64,000 nucleotides of DNA from an uncultured bacterium. GTDB lineage: Bacteria > Verrucomicrobiota > Kiritimatiellia > RFP12 > UBA1067. Positions 27,054-36,958 of this stretch are shown here, piece after piece; within the stretch, counting starts at the first letter, position 1; each line of letters begins with the position of its first letter. The DNA is taken from the NCBI GenBank assembly GCA_902799385.1, contig CADCAK010000001.1, positions 30,670 to 94,669 on the forward strand. Reading direction: 5' to 3'. The notes below the pieces were generated by a model that saw nothing but the letters and a program-made list of their open reading frames with translations, was not told where the DNA came from and did no database searches. A program made the position numbers and the translations under genes.

Positions 27054-28049
27054 ATGAAAGCAGAGAAAGTTCTTGGATTTGCCGTGTGCGCATTCGCGTG
27101 CACGATGGGTTCCGCATTTGCTAATGAGACAAATGGTTGGTTTGGTGTGACTGCCGACACGGCGATTAACACGTACAACTGCAGTACGTCAGGAGTAGCT
27201 ACTGTAAGTGATAGCAAGATTGTTCTCGACAACGACATGTCCTCGCCGTTCGTGGTCAGCAACTTTACTGCGGCTTCAACGAGCGACGGCATTGTCAAGC
27301 TTACCGCTACTGCGCGTCTCACACCAAGCAGCACCAACGACTTTACCGAGGTTTCAGCCGATGCGAAGGCCGGTTTTGCGGTTGGCATCGATGGCTATAA
27401 CAATACGAATTTCTACGGCTATGCTAATGGGGCGTGGCATAAGTTGACGGGTACTGTGGCGGGGGTGGGCGAGGATACGACGTTTTCGTTGCTCCTCAAT
27501 TATCGTGATGGCAAGGTAAGTTTCTTCCAGGGCGATGGTATTCTTCTTGATGAAAGTAGCACCACGGAGTTTGACCTCGAAGGTGCTGATGCCCTTAACG
27601 GCATCAATGCCTATGGCAATGGCTCTATTACCTCGATTACCGGAGGCTACGAAGTCGCAGTCGCGGCGTATGGTGGTAAGAAGTATGGCTCGGTTGCCGA
27701 TGCAAAGGTTGCTGGTGGCACCGGGTCGGACATTAAGAAAGTCAATGATACTGGTGCTGTTATAGACAAGACTACAGCGGACAATGGTCTTTCGGTGGCT
27801 GTTTGCATGGCTCTTGGCCTGGACATAGATAGTTCAACTGCCAACATTGCGGTTGCGCCGGTTGACACAGATACGGCTCCGGATGCAATTACGCTTAAGA
27901 TCAATGTTGATAGTGCGCCAGAAGCTTCTGCGGTGCGGTATGCTGTTCAAGAAAGTAAAGCAGCCTCTCCTACGTACTATGATAAACCCGATCAGGTTCA
28001 GATTCCGCTTGAAGCTGGAACCTACACCATCACTCCGGTGCTGAAGTAA
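27054..28049 (+). CDS. secreted hypothetical protein (signal peptide)
   Basis: MKAEKVLGFAVCAFACTMGSAFA signal. Ser/Thr/Asp-rich mature part. Confidence 0.6.
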   Translation: MKAEKVLGFAVCAFACTMGSAFANETNGWFGVTADTAINTYNCSTSGVATVSDSKIVLDNDMSSPFVVSNFTAASTSDGIVKLTATARLTPSSTNDFTEVSADAKAGFAVGIDGYNNTNFYGYANGAWHKLTGTVAGVGEDTTFSLLLNYRDGKVSFFQGDGILLDESSTTEFDLEGADALNGINAYGNGSITSITGGYEVAVAAYGGKKYGSVADAKVAGGTGSDIKKVNDTGAVIDKTTADNGLSVAVCMALGLDIDSSTANIAVAPVDTDTAPDAITLKINVDSAPEASAVRYAVQESKAASPTYYDKPDQVQIPLEAGTYTITPVLK

Positions 28050-28070
28050 ACTTCTTAAAGGAAAACAACA

Positions 28071-28769
28071 ATGAAAAAGACAATTGCAATTCTCTTTGCG
28101 CTCGTGTCTGCGGCAGCATTCGCCGGAATGGACGATTTGCTCATTTCGTTCTATACACTAGGCCCCGACAAGTATGCCGATGGAACCGATGTTCAGATTG
28201 GCGAGTGCTACTCGCTTGTCGGTACGGATGCCAAAGGCAATAAGGATATCGTCCTTAACTATCAGACGCTGACGGCGGGTAAATGTTCGCCAGTTGTATA
28301 TATGGTAGACAAGGGTACGGCTTCAAAGTATGTCGAGTGGAGTGTCTATCTAACAGATACGCGCGACTTCGCGACCGACAGTAAGCCAGCTGGCCTTGAT
28401 GAAAAGGGACAGCCAAAGGTTAAGAATGTTCAGGCCCCGATTGTAGCATCTGTGGCCACTTCCGATGGAAAGTTTGCTACGGAGACGGCAAAAGAGGGCG
28501 TTTCTGCTGGTGCGTACGATCTTGATGCGGCTAAAGTTCCCCAGCCTAAGATCGAGGGAATTAGGGTTGCAAATGCTAAGGTCTACGTAACTGTCAGCAA
28601 CACTCGCCCGTTCGTTGGTTACGCGCTTGTCTATGGTGATGACGTGACTAAATTCTCTCCGCCTCCGTCGACAGGAACGAATGGAGATGTCTCTGCAGAT
28701 GGTGTTATTGAGCTTGTTGCAGACAAACAGGACGGCGCTCAGTTCTTTAAGGTTTCCACCGTTAAGTAA
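28071..28769 (+). CDS. secreted hypothetical protein
   Basis: MKKTIAILFALVSAAAFA signal peptide. RBS AAGGAAAACAACA. Confidence 0.6.
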   Translation: MKKTIAILFALVSAAAFAGMDDLLISFYTLGPDKYADGTDVQIGECYSLVGTDAKGNKDIVLNYQTLTAGKCSPVVYMVDKGTASKYVEWSVYLTDTRDFATDSKPAGLDEKGQPKVKNVQAPIVASVATSDGKFATETAKEGVSAGAYDLDAAKVPQPKIEGIRVANAKVYVTVSNTRPFVGYALVYGDDVTKFSPPPSTGTNGDVSADGVIELVADKQDGAQFFKVSTVK

Positions 28770-28786
28770 GATTTGGAGGTATAAAA

Positions 28787-29521
28787 ATGAAAAAACTTCT
28801 TTCGATGACTGTTGCCTCCCTTGCGCTTGCAGTGGTGGCTGATTCTACATATTCGCCGATAACAGTTAAGGTCGATACGTTTGTGCCTGCAAGCGCGAAT
28901 GTGATTATACCAGTTCCTTTCTCGACTATAGGATCGACGGAAGGTAGTGTTTCTGTTCACGACCTCGTGAAAGCAGCAAATCTGCCAGACGACACTATGC
29001 TTTATTATTTCAATGGCGCAAGCACTAATTATCTGGCGTGGATCAAGCTGGGCTCTGCTTGGACCATTTCAGGAATCTCGGCAACGAGTATTAATAACGT
29101 TCCGATGTCCCCAGGGTCTGAGACAGTCAATGTGTCAGTAGGTAGTGCGCTTTGGCTTGTTTTTCCTGCGGGAACCGATCTCAGCAAGCAGAAGGTGGTC
29201 TTTTATGGCGGCACTCCTGCAACAACGACTTCCACGGTAAACTTGAGTCAGATCAATCTCCTCAGCAACCCAACGAAGTCAACCGTGACAGGCGCGACGC
29301 TGGAGAGCAAGCTTGAATTCGCGCAAAAAGGAGATAGGATTCGGCTGATTACCGCTGATTTTAGCGGGGAGTATGTTAAATATGTTAATGATGATGAATC
29401 ATATTGGATGCAGAACACTGGTACTGGCTATGTGAAAGTTCAATTGCCGAGCATTGCGTCTTATCAAGGTTTTTGGTACATTCCAAACTCACGGAGCGGA
29501 ACGCAAGAAATTAACTGGTAA
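28787..29521 (+). CDS. secreted hypothetical protein
   Basis: MKKLLSMTVASLALAVVA signal peptide. GGAGG RBS. Confidence 0.6.
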   Translation: MKKLLSMTVASLALAVVADSTYSPITVKVDTFVPASANVIIPVPFSTIGSTEGSVSVHDLVKAANLPDDTMLYYFNGASTNYLAWIKLGSAWTISGISATSINNVPMSPGSETVNVSVGSALWLVFPAGTDLSKQKVVFYGGTPATTTSTVNLSQINLLSNPTKSTVTGATLESKLEFAQKGDRIRLITADFSGEYVKYVNDDESYWMQNTGTGYVKVQLPSIASYQGFWYIPNSRSGTQEINW

Positions 29522-29567
29522 CACGGTTTGTAACCCCAAAACTAAAGCTACTTAAAGAACTAGATCT

Positions 29568-30050
29568 ATGAAACAATTGCTGATAATATTGGTGGCTGTT
29601 GCAGGTATAGCTGCTCATGCTGACTATCTTTACTGGATGGTAGGAAGCAATCCGCAGGCTGGCGAAACCATTACAGGTGATCCAACGGATTTTACTTGGA
29701 CCGAGGCGAAGCTTTATGCAGATGGTGAAGCGGTTAGTGGCGCAACGCTGACTTCTGATGCATGGAGGCAATATCAGGACCTTGGTGGTTATGCCTATGC
29801 TAGCATTGGTGATAATTATGATGCCAAGTCATTCACGATTGAGTTGTTTAGCGGCGATCAGTGGCTTGCTAGGTCTGCTGCCGTTTCCGGTAGTTTATTG
29901 GGACAGTTCATTACGACTGGTATGTCGCTGAATCCTGTTGCGGGTGGATGGGTCGCAACTTCCTACGCCGTTCCGGAGCCGACCAGTGGCTTGCTCTTCC
30001 TGCTCGGCGGGATGCTTCTTGGCCTGAAGCGTCGTCGTCAGAAGGTCTGA
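29568..30050 (+). CDS. PEP-CTERM sorting-domain protein
   Basis: C-terminus VPEPTSGLLFLLGGMLLGLKRRRQKV has the PEP motif, a TM helix and a basic cluster. N-terminal signal peptide. Confidence 0.8.
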   Translation: MKQLLIILVAVAGIAAHADYLYWMVGSNPQAGETITGDPTDFTWTEAKLYADGEAVSGATLTSDAWRQYQDLGGYAYASIGDNYDAKSFTIELFSGDQWLARSAAVSGSLLGQFITTGMSLNPVAGGWVATSYAVPEPTSGLLFLLGGMLLGLKRRRQKV

Positions 30051-30133
30051 GCAAGGCTGACAAATGTGAGCAAAGTGCAAGATGCCGTGATGGTGTCTTG
30101 CATTTTTCTTTGAAAACCTAAACTTGGAAGACT

Positions 30134-32443
30134 ATGGACAATAACATCTTTGACACTGACAAGCTCGGCAAGCGCGACGTTAGCCTTGCGACTCTCACTG
30201 GCATCGGCTTTTTCTTCGTCTACATGATCTTCTCTCCGCGTGGGCTTGACCCTTCGCTCTGGAACGATATGGCGGTGGCGGCGGGGATATGGAAGCCCGA
30301 TACCGTCGTCTCCGGACTGTGGCGGGTCATGACCAGCTGGCTGCTCTCCATGCTCGGGCCGGAATACATCACCAATACGCTCAGAATCATCGGCGCCGCA
30401 GTAGGCGGCATAGCGGTGTTCTTCGTATACCTGATCGTCCGCCAGATTCTCGCCTACCTTACGCGGGTGAAGGACTTCTCCAACTGGACGTGGATTGCAC
30501 CGTTCTTCACGGCGTGCGCGGCTATATGCTTCGGCTCGGGCGACGCAATGTTCCGCATGCTCTCCCCCCTGTCGCCGAATGCGTTTCGCTTCCTCGCACT
30601 GCTCTTCTCGCTTTACCTCTTCCTCCGCTTCGTCAAGGCCGGGGGCGTGTGGCGCGTCCTGCTGTCGATGTTCTTCGCCGGCATGCTTGCCGCCGAGACG
30701 CTCGTCGGGCTTGCCCTCGTCGCCGCCTACTACCTTGTCGAGCGCCTTTCGCTCGCCGCCGCTATCAACGGAAAGATACAGGTGGAAGCCTCCCCCGAAA
30801 AGCACCTCGCGTTCATGCCCCGCTGGCGGATGTTCTTCTCGTTCGTGTTTGGCGCCGCCATCGTGATGGGGCTGAACATCGCAATATTTGTTGCCTGGGG
30901 CGGACTTGACGCAAACGGATGGACCGGCTTCGACCTCGCCTTCAGGTACGTCGTGAACTACTACGATCTCCTTGTGTCCGCAGCTTCGCCCGTCGGCTGG
31001 GTCCTCGCGATCACGTTCTCGCTCCTGCCGCTCGTCGTGTCGCTCGTCCTCTTCCCGATGCTCTGCCGCAACACCGAGCCGCTTAACTTCAGGCTCGGCC
31101 TCATCCTCCTTTTCGCAGGGTTGCTCGCCCTGCTGCAGTGCGGCCTTCTGCCGTACACGCGCCTCTGGTCGCTCTCGTCGGGTGCGGTCGAGATAAACTC
31201 CGAGTTCCTCGAGTGCGTGTTCATGCTCATGACCGCAATCTCCCTCGCCCTCGCTACGTCGTGCTTCGCGCTCGGCTGCCAGGACGTATACTTCTTCGAC
31301 GAGGACGACGGCACCTTCAAGGTCGCGGGACCGCGCGGCCCCGTGATGCGCAACCTCGTCCAGATCGTCGTCATCGTCTGCGCGCTGCCGCTGCTGGTGC
31401 GCCTGTACCGGCCCGTGGAGACCGAATTGAGGTCCGTCGTCTACGAGGCGGTGGCCGAGACCGTGCGCGAATGCGGCGACGCGAAGTTCATCTTCACCGA
31501 CGGGCGGCTCGACGCGGGCATAGAGCTCCTCGCCGCGAAGTCAGGCTCCCAGCTGAAGCCGCTCAACATGATGAGCGGCCCCTCGCAGTGGCAGGTCAAC
31601 ATGCGCACGCGGCACTTCGCCGAGGGCACGCCCGACCGTGCGTCGGCCGAGGTGGGCGTCCCCGTCCTCCTGCGCGTCTGGGCGGGCGAGATGACGAATG
31701 GAATGGACAACGCCGCCATCCAGCTCGGCTTCGAGTTCTGGCGCAGGGCCAGAAAGCCGCTGCCGAAGTGCTCTGGCTTCATCGCGCGCGACAAGGGGCT
31801 TTCCGACGCCGATGTCGAGCGCGGCGTAGCCATCGCAAATGCCCTCGCCGCCCGCATAATCAAGGCCGCGAAGGAGCATCCGCACCTGGTCGTCTCGCCT
31901 GCCCTGCGCAGCGCCGTGTCGGCCGTGTCGTGGCGCATATCGCGTTTCGCCCGCATGAGGGACGACGAGCGGCTGGCTAACGAGCTCGACGAGTGGAACG
32001 ACGCGGTCAAGCACATGATGCGCCTCATCGAATACGAGCGCATGCGCACGTTCATGCAGATGACGCCCTACGAGGGGCTTAAGCTTGCCCTGCGCCGCGC
32101 GGACTTCGTCGAGGCGCGCAAGTACGGCGCGACGGTCCTGCAGATCGACCCAGACGACCCCGAGGCGAACTTCGGCACGGGCATGGCGTTTCTTATGGAG
32201 GAGAAGTACAAGGACGCGGAGTTCTACCTTGAGCGCACCCTCGTCAAGCGCCCCGACGAACCTGCCGTCCTCAACAACCTCTCGATAATCTTCCGCAAGA
32301 CGAACCGCCTCGACAAGTCGCTCGAATACGTCAAGAAGGCGTACGAGCTCGCCCCCGGAAACGAGGAGATCGCCCGCACCCTGAAGGACACCGAACGCGC
32401 GGTCACGAAGCGCAACGAGGCGCTCAAGTCGGCGTTCAGGTGA
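30134..32443 (+). CDS. large polytopic membrane protein with C-terminal TPR repeats
   Basis: >=10 TM helices in the first ~420 aa. The C-terminal ~300 aa have TPR-like repeats (..GTGMAFLMEEKYKDAEFYLERTL..LNNLSIIFRKTNRLDKSLEYVKKAYELAPGN..). Function unassigned; O-antigen-ligase/glycosyltransferase-like architecture. Confidence 0.65.
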   Translation: MDNNIFDTDKLGKRDVSLATLTGIGFFFVYMIFSPRGLDPSLWNDMAVAAGIWKPDTVVSGLWRVMTSWLLSMLGPEYITNTLRIIGAAVGGIAVFFVYLIVRQILAYLTRVKDFSNWTWIAPFFTACAAICFGSGDAMFRMLSPLSPNAFRFLALLFSLYLFLRFVKAGGVWRVLLSMFFAGMLAAETLVGLALVAAYYLVERLSLAAAINGKIQVEASPEKHLAFMPRWRMFFSFVFGAAIVMGLNIAIFVAWGGLDANGWTGFDLAFRYVVNYYDLLVSAASPVGWVLAITFSLLPLVVSLVLFPMLCRNTEPLNFRLGLILLFAGLLALLQCGLLPYTRLWSLSSGAVEINSEFLECVFMLMTAISLALATSCFALGCQDVYFFDEDDGTFKVAGPRGPVMRNLVQIVVIVCALPLLVRLYRPVETELRSVVYEAVAETVRECGDAKFIFTDGRLDAGIELLAAKSGSQLKPLNMMSGPSQWQVNMRTRHFAEGTPDRASAEVGVPVLLRVWAGEMTNGMDNAAIQLGFEFWRRARKPLPKCSGFIARDKGLSDADVERGVAIANALAARIIKAAKEHPHLVVSPALRSAVSAVSWRISRFARMRDDERLANELDEWNDAVKHMMRLIEYERMRTFMQMTPYEGLKLALRRADFVEARKYGATVLQIDPDDPEANFGTGMAFLMEEKYKDAEFYLERTLVKRPDEPAVLNNLSIIFRKTNRLDKSLEYVKKAYELAPGNEEIARTLKDTERAVTKRNEALKSAFR

Positions 32444-32886
32444 TGAAGGCGCTCGTACAGCGGGTGTCCGAGGCGAGCGTCACAATCGACGGCGAGGTCG
32501 TCGCCGAGATTGGCACGGGCTACCTCGTGCTCTTCGGCGTGACCCACGGCGACACCGCCGAGATGGCCGACAGGCTCGCGTCGCGCGTCGTCAAGCTGCG
32601 CATCTTCGAGGATGGGGACGGCAAGACGAACAGGTCCATTGAGGACGTCGCTGGCTCCGTCATTGTCGTCTCGCAGTTCACGCTCTACGCCGACACCGAC
32701 CACGGCAACCGACCCGGCTTCTCCGGCGCCGCGCGGCCCGACCTCGCGATTCCGCTCTACGAGCGCTTCGTCGGCGACCTTCGCGCCGCGCTCGGCCCAG
32801 ACAGGGTCGGCACGGGCCGCTTCGGCGCCGACATGAAAGTCCGCCTCCTGAACGACGGCCCGTTCACGGTGGAGCTGCGCGGATAG
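32443..32886 (+). CDS. dtd: D-aminoacyl-tRNA deacylase
   Basis: MKALVQRV...SQFTL..D...GNRPGFS...LYERF...NDGPFT; collinear with Dtd over full length. Confidence 0.9.
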   Translation: MKALVQRVSEASVTIDGEVVAEIGTGYLVLFGVTHGDTAEMADRLASRVVKLRIFEDGDGKTNRSIEDVAGSVIVVSQFTLYADTDHGNRPGFSGAARPDLAIPLYERFVGDLRAALGPDRVGTGRFGADMKVRLLNDGPFTVELRG

Positions 32887-32987
32887 CGTACGTTGTTTGT
32901 GGCCTGAAGGCGCGAAAATGTGGTATAATATCCGCTGTCGTCATGCGTGACGGCAAATTCCATGATAAACTCTACGGAAGACACGAA

Positions 32988-34154
32988 ATGAACTACAAGT
33001 ACAACTGCCTCAATCCGATTGCGGACTGCGGGCTCAACAACCTGGGCGAGAACTACGCCCGCACGGAGAAGTTCGAAGAGGCCGACGCCGTCTTCGTAAG
33101 AAGCGCCAAGATGGACGAGCTCGTCCCGGGCCCCAACCTTCTCGCGGTCGCCCGCGCCGGCGCTGGCGTCAACAACATCCCGCACGCCGAATACGCCAAG
33201 AAGGGCATCGTCGTGTTCAATACGCCCGGCGCTAACGCCAACGGCGTCAAGGAGCTCGTGATCGCCGCGATGCTGCTCGCGAGCCGCGACATCTTGGGCG
33301 GCGTCGAGTGGGTCAAGGAGAATGCCGCCGATCCAGCAATCGGCAAGACCGCAGAGAAGGCCAAGAAGGCGTTCGCGGGAACGGAGATACAGGGCAAGAA
33401 GCTCGGCGTGATTGGCCTTGGCGCAATCGGCCAGAAGGTCGCCAACGCCGCCGTCGAGCTCGGCATGGAGGTGTTCGGCTACGACCCGTACCTCTCGGTT
33501 GACGCCGCATGGCAGCTCGACCACGCAGTGAAGCACTGCAAGAACGTCGAGGCAATCTACCGCTCCTGCGACTTCATAACGATCCACGTCCCCGCGCTCG
33601 AGTCCACCAAGGGCATGATCAACGCCGACGCGCTCGCCATGATGAAGCGCGGCGTCATCGTCATAAACGCGGCGCGCGACGCCCTCGTCAACGAGAAGGA
33701 CATGCTCGCCGCAATCGAGTCCGGCAAGGTGCGCAGGTATGTGTCCGACTTCCCCAACGCGACGACCGCTGGCCAGAAGGGCTGCATCGTCATCCCTCAC
33801 CTCGGCGCGTCCACCGAGGAGGCCGAGGACAACTGCGCGGTTATGGCCGTCAGGGAGATGCGCGACTTCCTCGAGAACGGGAACATCGTCAACTCCGTGA
33901 ACTACCCGGCGTGCTCGCTCGGCGTCCCAACCAGGGCCGGGCGCGTCGCCATCTGCCACAAGAACGTCGCGAACATGATCGGCCAGTTCACATCGATCCT
34001 CGGCAACGCCAAGGTCAACATCGACGCGATCGCGAACAAGAGCCGCGGCGACTTCGCGTACACTCTCATCGACACCGACTCGGCGATTCCGGCGGATGTC
34101 GTGAGGTCGCTTGAGTCGAGCGACGCAGTAATCCGCGTCAGGATCGTCAAGTAG
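32988..34154 (+). CDS. serA: D-3-phosphoglycerate dehydrogenase (2-hydroxyacid dehydrogenase + ACT domain)
   Basis: NAD-binding GVIGLGAIGQKVA, catalytic region. C-terminal ACT-like regulatory domain. Confidence 0.85.
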   Translation: MNYKYNCLNPIADCGLNNLGENYARTEKFEEADAVFVRSAKMDELVPGPNLLAVARAGAGVNNIPHAEYAKKGIVVFNTPGANANGVKELVIAAMLLASRDILGGVEWVKENAADPAIGKTAEKAKKAFAGTEIQGKKLGVIGLGAIGQKVANAAVELGMEVFGYDPYLSVDAAWQLDHAVKHCKNVEAIYRSCDFITIHVPALESTKGMINADALAMMKRGVIVINAARDALVNEKDMLAAIESGKVRRYVSDFPNATTAGQKGCIVIPHLGASTEEAEDNCAVMAVREMRDFLENGNIVNSVNYPACSLGVPTRAGRVAICHKNVANMIGQFTSILGNAKVNIDAIANKSRGDFAYTLIDTDSAIPADVVRSLESSDAVIRVRIVK

Positions 34155-34165
34155 GGCGGGGTTCA

Positions 34166-35344
34166 ATGGGCTACGCAAGGAGAAAGTCTTCCGAATCCGG
34201 GGCGGCAGTCGCGCCTGTGCCGGCGGCTTCCCCTCGCGCGGCCCAGCCCTCGAAGCCCGCGCAGTCGATCTGGAACATGCAGCTCGGGGGTGCGAAGCAG
34301 AAGACCGCGATGAAGCCCGTCGAGGTCCTGCTCTTCACTTCCGAGCTCGCCGACCTTATCGAGGCCGGCATGACGCTTGGCCAGGCGCTCCAGGCGCTCG
34401 CCAACCAGGGCGAGGAGAACTCGGCCCAGCGCTACGTCTGCCAGGACCTCTGCGACCGCATCGTGCGCGGCGAGACGTTCTCCGACGCCTGCGCGCACCA
34501 CCCCAAGACGTTCCCGCCGCTCTACTCGAGCATGATTCGCGCGGGCGAGGCGTCGGGCGCGCTCGTCGAGGTCATGCGCCGCCTGGCCGACCACTACGAG
34601 CGCTACGACAACATGCGCGGCAAGATCAAGAGCGCGATGTCGTATCCCGTGATCGTGCTCTGCTTCGGCATCGCCGCCGTCATCGGCGCGCTCGTGTGGA
34701 TCATACCGAAGTTCAAGAAGGTGTTCGACTCGATGGGCGCGTCCCTTCCCCTGCCGACGCGGATGCTCATCGGCCTGTCCGAGTTCTTCATCCACTACGG
34801 CTGGGTGCTCGCCATCGCCGCCGTCGTGTTCTTCGTCTGGTTCAGGAAGTGGAAGGACACTCCGGCCGGAAGGGCGGTGATCGACGGCTGGAAGCTCAAG
34901 GCCCCGCTCGTCAAGGGCATTGTCGCGGCCGGCGCCTATTCGTCGCTCGCCTACACCCTCAAGACCCTTCTCTCGAACGGCGTGAACGTCCTCCAGGCGC
35001 TCAAGATCTCCGAGGAGACCTGCAACAACGCCGTGATCGCCGAGGCGCTTGCGACGGCGCGGCGCCGCGTCACCGACGGCACGTCCATCTCGGGGCCGCT
35101 TGCGTCCTCGGGAGTGTTTCCGCGCATGATGACCGACATGCTCGCGGTCGGCGAGCAGGCGGGCGACATGGTCGCCTCGCTCGAACACATAGGCAAGCGC
35201 TACCAGAAGGACATGGACCGCAACATAACGACCTTTACCAACGCGCTTGAGCCGATTCTCATCGTACTTATCGCCGGCGCGGTCGGTTTCGTGGCCATCG
35301 CAATCCTGATGGCCGTCTTCCAGGTGTCCTCGTCGCTCGGGTGA
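34166..35344 (+). CDS. gspF: type II secretion/type IV pilus platform protein (GspF/PilC family)
   Basis: Two GspF repeats with a TM helix between them (..PLYSSMIRAGEASGAL... and ..PRMMTDMLAVGEQAGDM..). ~390 aa. Confidence 0.8.
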   Translation: MGYARRKSSESGAAVAPVPAASPRAAQPSKPAQSIWNMQLGGAKQKTAMKPVEVLLFTSELADLIEAGMTLGQALQALANQGEENSAQRYVCQDLCDRIVRGETFSDACAHHPKTFPPLYSSMIRAGEASGALVEVMRRLADHYERYDNMRGKIKSAMSYPVIVLCFGIAAVIGALVWIIPKFKKVFDSMGASLPLPTRMLIGLSEFFIHYGWVLAIAAVVFFVWFRKWKDTPAGRAVIDGWKLKAPLVKGIVAAGAYSSLAYTLKTLLSNGVNVLQALKISEETCNNAVIAEALATARRRVTDGTSISGPLASSGVFPRMMTDMLAVGEQAGDMVASLEHIGKRYQKDMDRNITTFTNALEPILIVLIAGAVGFVAIAILMAVFQVSSSLG

Positions 35345-35348
35345 AACG

Positions 35349-36263
35349 ATGGAGCGCACGGTCGAGGACATTGGCGCGAAGATGGACGCCCTCGGGGCGT
35401 GGGAGGCGGTTGCGCCGTACAACTGGGTCGTCTGCCCCAAGGGAACCGTGTTCCCCTATTTCTGTTCGATGATGAAGGGCGACGGCAATCCCGTGAACGT
35501 GCGCTTCATGATGGTCGAGGGCTGGCAGAGCTTCCACGACTACGTGCGCACGCGCATCGACTCAAGCTTCGGCTTCTATTCCTCCCCGATGGAGCTGCCG
35601 CACTTCGAGCTGGTGTTCGCGTCCGGCGGGACGGTGCGGCTCTTCAGGCACGATCCTTGCTTCATGCCCCGCCTCGCCACCGACGCCGAGCGCGCGTTCT
35701 GCGCGAAGATACTCTGGGAGTCGTACGGCGTGATGATGCGCGTTGAGTCCGACGCCGAGCTTCCGCTGAAGTTCGCGTCCGAGAAGGCGATGTTCGCGCG
35801 CGTCGAGGGCGAGGGCGGCGCCTGGACCGACAGGGCGCTGCCGATTCCCGATCCCCGTCCGCACGTCGAAAGCGTCACTTTCGCCAAGGCCGACCTCGCC
35901 CGGGCGAAGGACCTGCCTTTCGCCGCAGGGGAAAGGGTCGCCGTAGATTTCGCGCTTGTCGTCGGCCTTTCGACGAAGGAACCGAGGCCGCGTTGCGTCT
36001 ACCGCCTTTCGGCGTACGACGCCGCGACGGGCGAGCAGTTCGTGTCCGACGCCGTCTCGCCGGTCCCGGACGGCGGCCTTCGCGCGATGTGGGAGTCCGT
36101 CGCGCCGCGCCTTCTGGGACATATCCTCGCCCGCGGCCGCATACCGGGCGAGGTAATGGTGCGCTCGCAGAGGCTCTTCAGGCTGCTACGTCCGCTTTGC
36201 CTCGACCTTCCGTTTAAGCTGTCCCTTCATGACTCGTTGCCGGGAGTTGCCGCAAATGCTTGA
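35349..36263 (+). CDS. hypothetical protein
   Basis: Non-repetitive ORF tightly packed between gspF and dedA. No recognisable domain. Confidence 0.45.
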   Translation: MERTVEDIGAKMDALGAWEAVAPYNWVVCPKGTVFPYFCSMMKGDGNPVNVRFMMVEGWQSFHDYVRTRIDSSFGFYSSPMELPHFELVFASGGTVRLFRHDPCFMPRLATDAERAFCAKILWESYGVMMRVESDAELPLKFASEKAMFARVEGEGGAWTDRALPIPDPRPHVESVTFAKADLARAKDLPFAAGERVAVDFALVVGLSTKEPRPRCVYRLSAYDAATGEQFVSDAVSPVPDGGLRAMWESVAPRLLGHILARGRIPGEVMVRSQRLFRLLRPLCLDLPFKLSLHDSLPGVAANA

Positions 36264-36957
36264 GACTATCGCATCGCACCTCGATTCAATCGCATCCCTC
36301 GCGCCGACGTGGGGGCTCGCGCTCGTGTTCGTATTCATGGCCATAGAGTCGAGCTTCATACCGTTTCCGAGCGAGGTCGTGATGGTTCCAGCGGGCTTTC
36401 TCGCGGCGCGCGGCGAACTCGGGCTTCCGCCAGCCGCCGCGCTCGCGGCCGCAGTAGCGGTCGGCGTCGTCGGCTCGCTCGCGGGCGCGTTCGCGAACTA
36501 CTATCTTGCGCACTGGCTCGGCAGGCCGTTCCTCGAAAAGTACGGGAAGTACTTCTTCGTGAAGCCCGAGCCCCTTGCACGCGCCTGCGAGGTGTTCAAC
36601 CGCTACGGCGCGGCGACGACGTTCGTGTGCCGCCTCGTTCCAGTCATACGGCAGTTGATCTCCATTCCCGCCGGGATATCGCGCATGCCGGTTTTCTCCT
36701 TCGCGCTCTTCACCGGTCTCGGCGCCGGGATATGGACGGCGATACTCGCGGCAATCGGCTTCGGCATCGGCCGTTCCACGGCGGACATATCGTATCTCGA
36801 ACTTTGCGAGAGGGGCAAGGACATGGCCTCTGCGCATCTCCCGCTCGTAATAGGCGGTGCGGTCCTGCTCGTCGCGCTTTACTTCATTGCCTCGAAGCTC
36901 GTAATGGGAAAGAACACATCGGCCGCCTTGCGGCGGACCTCAGGGAAGGAGAAGTGA
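36256..36957 (+). CDS. dedA: DedA/VTT (SNARE-associated) family membrane protein
   Basis: ..FMAIESSFIPFPSEVVMVPAGFLAA..GAFANYYLAHWLGRPFLEKYGKYFFVKPE..FNRYGAATTFVCRLVPVIR. Confidence 0.8.
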   Translation: MLETIASHLDSIASLAPTWGLALVFVFMAIESSFIPFPSEVVMVPAGFLAARGELGLPPAAALAAAVAVGVVGSLAGAFANYYLAHWLGRPFLEKYGKYFFVKPEPLARACEVFNRYGAATTFVCRLVPVIRQLISIPAGISRMPVFSFALFTGLGAGIWTAILAAIGFGIGRSTADISYLELCERGKDMASAHLPLVIGGAVLLVALYFIASKLVMGKNTSAALRRTSGKEK

Positions 36958-36958
36958 C

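Noticed and set aside
30134-32443. Exosortase (XrtA/EpsH) identity for the TM+TPR protein next to the PEP-CTERM gene
   Set aside because: At 769 aa with a long TPR tail it is larger than exosortases, and I cannot see the conserved exosortase Cys/Arg motifs by eye. Left as an unassigned membrane protein.
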